A stretch of 64,000 nt of DNA from Myxococcota bacterium (GTDB taxonomy: Bacteria > Myxococcota_A > SURF-8): positions 1,856,001-1,920,000 of the forward strand of contig CAXXQS010000001.1 in the NCBI GenBank assembly GCA_963674735.2, in the 5' to 3' direction. Below, piece by piece: positions 19,372-27,725 of the stretch. The notes beneath the pieces were generated by a model that did not search any database, was not told the origin of the DNA, and was given only the letters and a program-made list of their open reading frames with translations. Every line of letters starts with the position of its first letter. Position 1 is the stretch's first letter. The position numbers were made by a program, and so were the translations under genes.

Positions 19372-20436
19372 TCAGCTCTTGAGCGCGGCGAATTCTTCAT
19401 CGCCGTACATTTCGATGTAATTGGTCCACGCGCCTCCGCAGACTCCCCGCCAGGTACATCCTTCACAAGCGGCGACAAAGCTTTTCAACTCGTCCATCTT
19501 CAGATCCTGCCAAACGAAACGCTGCCGGCCGGTGCCGTCGGTCAAATGACTTTCCTGATTCCCGAAAGTCGAAACGAAGGTCCGGCGATCGGTATATTCG
19601 CCGATGTATTGATGGCGGCGCGCCACATCGGCAAAAAAGCTTTCGGGAAAGATGCAATACGGAATTTCGCCGAAGGTGAGACGGATCTTGAATTCGCGCT
19701 CGTTCAAATCCACCAGTTCCATCAACTTCGGCATCGCCTCGCGATAGGTCGACACGATTTCTTCGTTGTTGCGCGCCCGACCTTCGGGACGAATGAAGTT
19801 CAAACGGATGTCGTGAATCCCGAGGTGCTTGAATAAGCGTATGAAACGGTCCATCGTGGGCAGGTTCAAGCGGTTGAGAACCGCATTGAGCGAAATAACC
19901 GCATCCACCACCCCCTCTTTTCGCAGATGGGTGATGTTTCGGATGGCCTGCATTTTCCGAATCAAGGCTCCTTTGTGGTTGCACAAGTAGTCCTCGATTG
20001 CCGGATCTTCCGAATGAAGCGAAATACAGTAGCGATTGATGCCCTTCTGGGCGGCCATTCGCGCAAATTCCATATCGGCCAGGCGGAAACCATTGGTATT
20101 GATCGTGATTTCGCGATAGCCCAGGTCCTGTGCCATCCCCAGAGCCTCTTCGATCCAAGGATACAAAGTCGGCTCTCCGCCCAATAAACCAAGCTGCGTC
20201 ACACCCTTTTCCTTGGCGTAAAACGTCAGTTCTTTCTTTAGTTTATCGAGCTTGACCCACCGTTTCTGATCGATACCCGATTCCCCCTGCATGCAGAACA
20301 GACAGCGGTGATTGCAGGCATGACCGAGATTGATGTCGACTCGCTGGCCTTCACCTTTCCGTGACGCTTCAGGTGCATCGATACCTTCTCGACTAGGTGC
20401 CACTTTTACAACTACTCCTTCAGGCTTTGCTCTCAT
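19372..20436 (-). CDS. Radical SAM protein with C-terminal Cx2Cx5C motif
   Basis: CNHRCLFC, GGEPT, TNG, IPYC, CEGCTWRGVCGG. Confidence 0.9.
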   Translation of the reverse strand: MRAKPEGVVVKVAPSREGIDAPEASRKGEGQRVDINLGHACNHRCLFCMQGESGIDQKRWVKLDKLKKELTFYAKEKGVTQLGLLGGEPTLYPWIEEALGMAQDLGYREITINTNGFRLADMEFARMAAQKGINRYCISLHSEDPAIEDYLCNHKGALIRKMQAIRNITHLRKEGVVDAVISLNAVLNRLNLPTMDRFIRLFKHLGIHDIRLNFIRPEGRARNNEEIVSTYREAMPKLMELVDLNEREFKIRLTFGEIPYCIFPESFFADVARRHQYIGEYTDRRTFVSTFGNQESHLTDGTGRQRFVWQDLKMDELKSFVAACEGCTWRGVCGGAWTNYIEMYGDEEFAALKS

Positions 20437-21487
20437 CCATGAAACGAGCTTCCCTCAACCGATCCGGGTGATCGATCCGAGAACCTGCTACCGGTCTGAA
20501 TTCGGCAAATCCACGTCGCCGGACATATTCTTCATGAACGCCTTCGCAAACCGGCTCATAGCGGCAATCCATGCAACCGGGGTGTTTGACTTTATGATGC
20601 CCCTTGGTAACCCAGGTCGCCTGCAAACCAGTGGCGTTATCGGGATTGTCGGATTTCCGTTGCACACGCCGATCCACACTTCCCTCTTCCCAATACAACT
20701 CATCAACATGGGCCTCGTATCCCTGCATCCGACACAGCGGAATATGCCCGACTGTCCAGGGGATCCCGGTTTCCCGCGCGAGATCGAGCGCCACCCTCAA
20801 CGGACCATCCAAAGCTTCGAATGTCGGGACCAGTTGGTCGAATCGTTCACGTCCACCCCCGATGGGGCGCACGAAGGCCCAATATACCCGGCGCGGCTTC
20901 CAACTTGCTTGGAACTCTGCAAGCTGTGGAAGTTCCTTTAGGTTCATCGTCGAGATGACGGAGGTCAAGCTAAATGGAATTGCCAATTCCTGCAGATTCG
21001 CGAGAGCTTTCCGTAGTTGGGTAAAAGCTCCCTGTACCTGAACGGTGCCGTCATGAATCGCGGCCGTTGGACCATGCAGCGAAAGGACGAGGTGGGTTAG
21101 ACCGGCTTTCGATAAAGCCTCGGCATACGTTCGATTCGCCAGCATGCGGCCGTTGGTTGTTAAAAGAACAGGATCGAAACCTGTGCAATTAGCCCAATGC
21201 ACCAAGTCGATGAAATCCCGGCGGATGGTGGGTTCTCCACCGAGAAAAGTGAGATGGCGGGCGCCCGCTTGATACAAGTCCGTGATCTGACGTTTCAGTG
21301 CTTCCGTCTGATCCATCCCGGCTGTCTTCAGGTCGCTCCGATGCTCCTGCTCCGAACAGAAAAGACAACGATTGTTGCAGGCATAGCCCAGGTTGATCTC
21401 GGCACGCCTGGACGAAGCAGGCTTGCGAGGCACCGATGACGGCGTCCCAGTCGTCGATCGACCGTCTTTGTACTGTTCAGTGGCCAA
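20420..21487 (-). CDS. Radical SAM protein with C-terminal Cx2Cx5C motif
   Basis: CNNRCLFC, GGEPT, TTNG, IPLC, CMDCRYEPVCEG. Start placed at TTG 21487 (GGGAG SD, downstream of the predicted promoter). Confidence 0.88.
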   Translation of the reverse strand: MATEQYKDGRSTTGTPSSVPRKPASSRRAEINLGYACNNRCLFCSEQEHRSDLKTAGMDQTEALKRQITDLYQAGARHLTFLGGEPTIRRDFIDLVHWANCTGFDPVLLTTNGRMLANRTYAEALSKAGLTHLVLSLHGPTAAIHDGTVQVQGAFTQLRKALANLQELAIPFSLTSVISTMNLKELPQLAEFQASWKPRRVYWAFVRPIGGGRERFDQLVPTFEALDGPLRVALDLARETGIPWTVGHIPLCRMQGYEAHVDELYWEEGSVDRRVQRKSDNPDNATGLQATWVTKGHHKVKHPGCMDCRYEPVCEGVHEEYVRRRGFAEFRPVAGSRIDHPDRLREARFMDESKA

Positions 21488-21526
21488 GCGATGTAAACTC
21501 CCAATAAACCTAGACCATTTACGATG

Positions 21527-21555
21527 ATCATGACGCTGGCCATGCAAAATGTCAA
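21527..21555 (-). promoter_or_regulatory. Putative promoter of the radical SAM operon
   Basis: TTGACA-17 bp-CATGAT on the minus strand. Confidence 0.45.
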
Positions 21556-21581
21556 GGAAGCAGCGCAATTCCTCAGGGCGC

Positions 21582-21610
21582 TTGCAATCTTCCCATTGTC
21601 ATGCTATATA
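21582..21610 (+). promoter_or_regulatory. Putative promoter of the KamA-like gene
   Basis: TTGCAA-17 bp-TATATA with TGn extension. Confidence 0.45.
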
Positions 21611-21745
21611 AAGATATTGATACGGTCCTCACGGGGGTGTTGGAGGCGCGCCGTCGCTTCTTAGCTCCATTTTGTGCGCGGGTTTTTGCCTCGCCTTCAT
21701 CATCCGCTGCTGCATTTTAGGCGCCACACAATTTGATGTCGTCCG

Positions 21746-21761
21746 ACTTATTGCAATAAGT
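21746..21761. promoter_or_regulatory. Perfect 16-bp palindrome, candidate operator
   Basis: ACTTATTGCAATAAGT is its own reverse complement, is AT-rich in a GC-rich context, and lies 30 bp before the KamA-like start. Confidence 0.45.
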
Positions 21762-21791
21762 ACCGGCCAGGCAGAATTACGGAGGCATGTC

Positions 21792-23639
21792 ATGTTCGAT
21801 AGTCATGCATTTAGTCAGACCAAAGGGCACCATATAAGCCAGCGCTCTGCGCAGAATAACGATTTTGACCATCAATTCGGCATTGAACGCTTTAAAAAAG
21901 TTGGAAAAACACTTCTAAGCTTGCTGAAACCCTGCACGGATCTCGATCAGGCTCGCAACATCATCCACGACTATGCCTACTCTCAAGAGCAACGATTGGA
22001 CGACTACCCGGGGCTATCGGTGGTTCACCGTGCCATTATTCAAGATTGCGTCAATGTTTTCCAGACCTTCATACATGCCGATTCGGAAGCGCGTAGTGGT
22101 TTTAGCGTGGCTCAAGCCCTGTTCGACCTCGCTAAAGGAAAAGAACGCCCCGATCTCCAACTCGGTTTCTATGCTGAAATGATTCAGCTTATTCTTGGCA
22201 CGGAAGGACAGCTCAGCATTCGCCTCTTCGACGATTTCCGTCCCGATCCCGATCTGACCGGCCGCGAAGCGGCGATCAACCGCTCTTACCAGCTCGATCA
22301 GCTTTGGGAACTCGCCGATAATTGGATGTGCCGCTATCGACATGGCCTCGACCCCGACTCGATCCAACGGCGCATCGAACGCCGGGACCACATATTAGAC
22401 ACGTTGGGCGGCAACCTTGACGACTGGAACGACTGGCACTGGCAAGTTCGAAATGTCATCAAAGATCCGAATATCCTCGAAAACCTGATCACGTTACCCG
22501 AGCAAACCCTGAAAACCATTCGGGATGCACGCCGAATCAAACTTCCCTTCGGCGTTACGCCCTTCTATTTGTCCCTGATGGACGATGACGGAGCCTTCGA
22601 TGCGGCCTTGCGGGCGCAAGTGTTTCCACCAGCAGATTACGTGCGCGCCATGCACCAGCACCGGGGCGAAATCGACTACGCCTTCGATTTCATGGGTGAA
22701 CACGATACCTCGCCGATAGACTTGATCACCCGTCGTTATCCCGGCATCGCCATTCTGAAACCCTACAATACCTGTCCGCAGATCTGCGTCTATTGCCAAC
22801 GCAATTGGGAAATCGAAGACGCCATGGCTCCCGGAGCGCTTGCGTCCCCCGAGGAGTTGGATAAAGCCATCAAATGGCTGGCCAAACACCCCGCCGTTCA
22901 TGAAGTCCTGGTAACGGGCGGCGATCCGATGGTTTTAAGCGACGACCGCTTGAAAGACCTGCTTGAACGTCTTTGCGCCATCGATCACATCGAGCGTATC
23001 CGCATCGGAACACGCATGCCGGTCACCCTTCCCCAGCGCTTCACGCCTGAATTGATCAACCTTCTCGGGCAATTCCGCCGTCCCGGATACCGCAGCGTGG
23101 AACTCGTCACCCACGTGCAGCATCCCTACGAAATCAACCCGGATATGGTGACGGCCATCGATCGCTTGAAACGCGCCGGAATCGGCGTTTACAATCAGCT
23201 CGTCTTTACCTTCTACACGTCAAGACGCTTCGAAGCGGCCAGCCTGCGCCGCCTGTTGAGACGAATCGGCGTAGACCCCTACTACACCTTCAACACCAAG
23301 GGTAAAGAAGAAACGGACAGTTACCGCGTGCCCATCGCCCGCCTTCTCCAGGAACAAAAAGAAGAAAGCCGCTTGTTACCCGGTCTGGCCCGCACCGACG
23401 AGGCCGTCTTCAACGTTCCCCGTCTCGGAAAAAACCATCTCCTGGCGCGCCAGCACCGACGCCTGCTGAGCATCGCTCCCAATGGATCCCGCATCTACGA
23501 ATTCCATCCCTGGGAGAAGAATATCGCCAAACAGCAAACCTACGTCGGCCATGATGTTCCGATCGTGAATTACTTGAAGCGCCTACGTGCGTTTGGGGAA
23601 AACACGGAAGATTACAACACGATTTGGTATTATTTCTAG
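21792..23639 (+). CDS. KamA-family (lysine 2,3-aminomutase-like) radical SAM protein, long form
   Basis: WNDWHWQ, ITRRYP, CPQICVYCQR, TGGDP, IRIGTR, NQLV, VPRLGK; ~190-aa N-terminal extension; ATG 21792 with GGAGG SD. Confidence 0.85.
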   Translation: MFDSHAFSQTKGHHISQRSAQNNDFDHQFGIERFKKVGKTLLSLLKPCTDLDQARNIIHDYAYSQEQRLDDYPGLSVVHRAIIQDCVNVFQTFIHADSEARSGFSVAQALFDLAKGKERPDLQLGFYAEMIQLILGTEGQLSIRLFDDFRPDPDLTGREAAINRSYQLDQLWELADNWMCRYRHGLDPDSIQRRIERRDHILDTLGGNLDDWNDWHWQVRNVIKDPNILENLITLPEQTLKTIRDARRIKLPFGVTPFYLSLMDDDGAFDAALRAQVFPPADYVRAMHQHRGEIDYAFDFMGEHDTSPIDLITRRYPGIAILKPYNTCPQICVYCQRNWEIEDAMAPGALASPEELDKAIKWLAKHPAVHEVLVTGGDPMVLSDDRLKDLLERLCAIDHIERIRIGTRMPVTLPQRFTPELINLLGQFRRPGYRSVELVTHVQHPYEINPDMVTAIDRLKRAGIGVYNQLVFTFYTSRRFEAASLRRLLRRIGVDPYYTFNTKGKEETDSYRVPIARLLQEQKEESRLLPGLARTDEAVFNVPRLGKNHLLARQHRRLLSIAPNGSRIYEFHPWEKNIAKQQTYVGHDVPIVNYLKRLRAFGENTEDYNTIWYYF

Positions 23640-23676
23640 AATTGACTTGATGTTTTATTGGCTTCGTTTGATGGAC

Positions 23677-24789
23677 TCACTCCCCCTTTGCGCGCAGAAT
23701 CCCTCGCAGTCCGGGTGTCATGATCGCCCTGATTTCGGCTTGCATATCGTTCGATTTTTTCGAGGGTTGAACCAGATACAGAACGTCGAAATCGTGCCGA
23801 CGCGCCATTTCCAGCCCTTTCTCCACGCCAAGGACCGTCAGCGCCGTAGCCCAGGCATCCGCCCGTGCATTGGCCCACTTCGATCCCGACATGACGACCG
23901 TTACCCCCAGAATGTCGGAAGGTAAAGGACGGCCGGTTCTCGGGTCGAAAATGTGATAGTAAGTGGTCTCTCCAATTTGTATCGGCTGACGATAGTTGCC
24001 ACTGGTTGAATAGGCCACTTCGGAATCAACTCCCAGAGAGCCGTAAATCGCCTCCATATCGAAAGGATGCTGAATCCCTATCTGCCACGTGTTTCCGCTC
24101 TCATTTCGGCCCCAGGTGCGAATCTCGCCACCAATTTGCAGCATGGCATTCTGCACACCCAGGCTTTTTAAGGTCCAGGTCATCCAATCCACCGCATACC
24201 CTTTGGCAAGCCCCCCCAGATCGAACATGGTCCCCGGTTTCTTCAAACGAAGGCTTCGCCCACTTAAAACCACATTCTCCAAACCCACATTTTTCAACGC
24301 AGCCCGGTACTCCTGCTCCGATGGAATGGATTGCCGCTTTTTCGCTTTGGACCAAAGCTGTTTGAGAGGCCAAACGGTCGGATCGAAGGCTCCCTCACTC
24401 GCCGAATATACTTCATGCGCCACATGAAGAGATTCAGACAACTCTCTTGACATCTCTACGTCTTTTTTCTTTCCAAGTCGATTCAACAACCCAACTTCGG
24501 ATGTCGGATCGAAAGCATTGAAGCATCGATCAACTCGCTTGAAAATTTCCTGCAGCTTCAAGCGCACCACATCGGATTCCAGATCCTTCGGCAAAGTCAG
24601 TTTCGCCCGAGCCGGAATTCCATGGAAAACCGACCAGGAATAGTCTACCCAGCGAAGTGTAATCCGCTCGTTCGTTGCTTTTGCATGGGTATCCGCATTG
24701 TCCGTGCCAGAGTTCGAACAAGCGATTAAAGCCACCGCAACGATGAAGACTAAATATTGACAGAATCCGCAGTTCGTGTTTTTCATCAT
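23677..24789 (-). CDS. apbE: FAD:protein FMN transferase (ApbE), lipoprotein
   Basis: GAFDPTV, DLGGLAKGYAVD, IGGEI, STSGNY, YHIFDPRTGRP, ADAWATAL; LIAC lipobox. Exact start uncertain. Confidence 0.9.
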   Translation of the reverse strand: MMKNTNCGFCQYLVFIVAVALIACSNSGTDNADTHAKATNERITLRWVDYSWSVFHGIPARAKLTLPKDLESDVVRLKLQEIFKRVDRCFNAFDPTSEVGLLNRLGKKKDVEMSRELSESLHVAHEVYSASEGAFDPTVWPLKQLWSKAKKRQSIPSEQEYRAALKNVGLENVVLSGRSLRLKKPGTMFDLGGLAKGYAVDWMTWTLKSLGVQNAMLQIGGEIRTWGRNESGNTWQIGIQHPFDMEAIYGSLGVDSEVAYSTSGNYRQPIQIGETTYYHIFDPRTGRPLPSDILGVTVVMSGSKWANARADAWATALTVLGVEKGLEMARRHDFDVLYLVQPSKKSNDMQAEIRAIMTPGLRGILRAKGE

Positions 24790-24827
24790 ACACACCACGC
24801 ATTATCGAAATCTTTGAATCAAACAGC

Positions 24828-25658
24828 GTGTTGGCATCATATGCTACCGGTGCTATAGTATGCCAGTTTTTCCGTTACGCCAACTCGTCCGCCACCTACT
24901 CGGACTCGATAATTGGGAGAGCGAGCATCCAAACCAGCCCTTTTAAACACCGCTGGGATCTGTCCACCACTGAGGCGCGCGAGGTCCAACGTAAACTGGC
25001 AACGGCGGTTGTTTCACAAGGAGACCCTCGCGGTGTCCGTCTGATTGCGGGTGTCGATTTGGCTTTCGACAAAGCCTCCAATCAAGCCATTGCAGCACTG
25101 GTGATGCTTTCATACCCGAATCTCGATATCGTCAATAAATACACGGTAACCCGAACGATTCCCTTCCCTTACGTGCCGGGCCTGCTTTCGTTTAGGGAAG
25201 GCCCCGCGATCATGGATTTATTCGAGTGTTTACCCGACATGCCCGACCTCATCATGTTCGATGGCCAAGGGCTGGCGCATCCCCGCCGATTGGGTATCGC
25301 CTCACACCTGGGTGTCCTCTTGAACATTCCCAGCATCGGGGTCGCCAAATCCCGGTTGATCGGGCAGCCAGCCGCCGAACTGCCGGTCGAAAAAGGCGCA
25401 AGGGTCGATCTCATAGCCCCTGAAGGTGATATTATCGGGCGATTGTTGCGCACGCGCAGCCATGTATCGCCCGTTTACGTGTCTGTCGGACACCGCATCG
25501 GTCTGGATGCGGCTTGTCGCTGGGTCATGAACTGCACGACCGGAACCCGTATCCCGGAACCGACCAAGCAAGCCGACCGACTAGCCGCCAGCACCAAGAG
25601 GATCGTGACTGGCGACACAATGCAAGCAGATCGTAATGGCTGTAAGAAACCGGATTGA
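24828..25658 (+). CDS. nfi: Endonuclease V (start codon uncertain, see findings)
   Basis: AGVDLAF, FPYVPGLLSFREGP, DGQGLAHPRRLGIASHLG, IGVAKS, PVYVSVGH, RIPEP..AD. Confidence 0.93.
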   Translation: MLASYATGAIVCQFFRYANSSATYSDSIIGRASIQTSPFKHRWDLSTTEAREVQRKLATAVVSQGDPRGVRLIAGVDLAFDKASNQAIAALVMLSYPNLDIVNKYTVTRTIPFPYVPGLLSFREGPAIMDLFECLPDMPDLIMFDGQGLAHPRRLGIASHLGVLLNIPSIGVAKSRLIGQPAAELPVEKGARVDLIAPEGDIIGRLLRTRSHVSPVYVSVGHRIGLDAACRWVMNCTTGTRIPEPTKQADRLAASTKRIVTGDTMQADRNGCKKPD

Positions 25659-25674
25659 AAAAGGAGATTTTTGG

Positions 25675-26817
25675 ATGTCTGGAAACAAGTTAGGCGTTCT
25701 AATCATCATCGGGTTGCTTATTTCCACCTTATCGATTTCCAATGCCTCTGCGGAAGAAACGGAATTGACGATCAAAAGCTTCGATGGCTACGCCCTTCAA
25801 GCCAAACTGAATCAGCCCAATCCGACTGTCAGCCACCTGATCATTCCGATTCACGGCTCGGGTCCGCAAAGCATGGATGAAGACTTGACGCCGGTCACGA
25901 AAAACAAGCAACCTAATCCATTCTTCAAAGATTTATCTGAAAGTCTGGCGGCAAAGGGATTCGCCGTTTTGCGGTATAATAAACGATCCTACCAAGTCTC
26001 CCAAGCCATTGCCGCCCAACCCGATTACGTCCAATCCAAGGCCTATAAGGATTTTGCCGCAGCTCCTTTGCGTCACTTCCTTGAAGATGCACTGGCGGTG
26101 GTTCAATTCGCCGCCGACCGCTTTCCAAACGTGAAACTCTACTTACTCGGACACAGCCAGGGGGCTTATATCGCCGTACAGGCCGCCCAGCGTCTTCGTG
26201 ACAGCGGTCACCTGGATGGAGTGGCCCTGATCGGATTCCATCTTTCCACCTTGGATACGCTGGTTTTTGAACAAACGATTTACCGTCCCTTGCATCACTT
26301 CACCAAGCTGGATGCCAATCACGACGAGCGCCTGACCGATACGGAGCTTGCAAACGGCAACCCGATCGGGCACGCCTTGGCCGCGCAAAAGCCGCTCCTG
26401 GATCTGGATGGCGACGGCTGCATTTCCTTATCCGAATTCCAGGCCGGGAATGCATCGAACCTGCTCCTTCGAGATCCAATGGATATCGCTTATCGGCAAG
26501 AAGAGGCGCAGATGGACCGTTTGGCCGCGATCCTGCCGACCCTGACCATGAAAGTCGCTTTTTTACAGGGTTTGTGGGACAATCAAACACCGGCTTACAA
26601 TGCTCAAGCCGTTGAAATCGCGAACAAAGCCGTCTGGAAGAAACCGTATTTCAAGTTCTGGTATTATCCGAAACGCGGCCATGCATTGGACTCACGAGAT
26701 TCCTACAACGACCTCTATTACTCTCCCTTGGATGCCGCGACCAAACAGGATGTCGCACAAAAACTTTCTGATTTCTTTATGGAAAAACCGAGCCAGGAAC
26801 CCGTTAGGCTTCGCTGA
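25675..26817 (+). CDS. Secreted alpha/beta hydrolase with two EF-hand-like loops
   Basis: Signal peptide (ASA-E), HGSGP oxyanion motif, GHSQG nucleophile, WDNQT, GHAL; DANHDERLTDTE and DLDGDGCISLSE loops; AAGGAG SD before ATG 25675. Confidence 0.8.
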   Translation: MSGNKLGVLIIIGLLISTLSISNASAEETELTIKSFDGYALQAKLNQPNPTVSHLIIPIHGSGPQSMDEDLTPVTKNKQPNPFFKDLSESLAAKGFAVLRYNKRSYQVSQAIAAQPDYVQSKAYKDFAAAPLRHFLEDALAVVQFAADRFPNVKLYLLGHSQGAYIAVQAAQRLRDSGHLDGVALIGFHLSTLDTLVFEQTIYRPLHHFTKLDANHDERLTDTELANGNPIGHALAAQKPLLDLDGDGCISLSEFQAGNASNLLLRDPMDIAYRQEEAQMDRLAAILPTLTMKVAFLQGLWDNQTPAYNAQAVEIANKAVWKKPYFKFWYYPKRGHALDSRDSYNDLYYSPLDAATKQDVAQKLSDFFMEKPSQEPVRLR

Positions 26818-26883
26818 ACTTGTCCATTTGGATTTAACGGCGCACACGAAGCCATACGAATAAGACAGGAGTATAACGGCGTT

Positions 26884-27687
26884 ATGACACGCAAAATACG
26901 GTTGAAAATCGAATACGACGGCACCGCCTATGCCGGTTGGCAGATTCAGAAGCAGGGCGAGTCGACCATCCAGCAAAAATTACAGCGTGCACTGCAGATC
27001 GTAACCAAAGTCCCCGGCCATATTCAGTGTGCGGGTCGCACCGATTCGGGCGTTCATGCCGCCGGACAAGTCGCTCATTTCACGACGGATTCTTCGATTC
27101 AAGACTTTCAGTTCCGCGAAGCGCTCAACGCCAACCTACCTCCCGATATCACGATTTTGGAATCACGGGAAGTAGCACCGGAATTCGACGCGCGTCGACA
27201 CGCCCGTGGCAAGATTTACCGCTACCGCATTCTCAACCGCCGGGCCAGAAGCTCGCTTCTCCGCCACTATACCTGGCATATCAAAAACAAATTGGACCTG
27301 CAAGCCATGCAAAAAGCAGCCGGATATCTGCAGGGCGAGCATGATTTCAGTTCCTTCCGGGCCAGCGGCTGCAACGCCAAGCATCCAGTTCGTTACCTCT
27401 ATTTGCTGGATATCCACGCCAACGAAAAAGACCAGATCACCATTGATGTCTTCGGTAGCGCTTTTCTCAAACAGATGGTGCGCAACATCGTCGGCACACT
27501 GACGCAAATTGGCCTCGGTCGACTCACGCCCTCCGATATGAAAGGAATCTTGGATGCCCGTGACCGTAGCGTAGCGGGACAAACAGCCCCCGCCTGCGGA
27601 TTGACCCTGATCAAGGTGTTCTACCCCGACGATCCACCGCCGCCGGACCTACTCAAGCTCATCCCCGAATCGCATCGTGTTTCTTAA
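26884..27687 (+). CDS. truA: tRNA pseudouridine(38-40) synthase
   Basis: YDGTAYAGWQ, AGRTDSGVHA, HDFSSF, FLKQMVRNIVG, TAPACGL. Confidence 0.96.
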   Translation: MTRKIRLKIEYDGTAYAGWQIQKQGESTIQQKLQRALQIVTKVPGHIQCAGRTDSGVHAAGQVAHFTTDSSIQDFQFREALNANLPPDITILESREVAPEFDARRHARGKIYRYRILNRRARSSLLRHYTWHIKNKLDLQAMQKAAGYLQGEHDFSSFRASGCNAKHPVRYLYLLDIHANEKDQITIDVFGSAFLKQMVRNIVGTLTQIGLGRLTPSDMKGILDARDRSVAGQTAPACGLTLIKVFYPDDPPPPDLLKLIPESHRVS

Positions 27688-27725
27688 AAAAGGAAGCGCC
27701 GGATGACCCGACGAATGATTGAAGG

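Noticed and set aside
21610-21791. Lysine riboswitch or RiPP precursor ORF between the radical SAM genes
   Set aside because: No lysine-riboswitch consensus seen; the two ~27-28 codon micro-ORFs lack SD sequences and a precursor-like composition.
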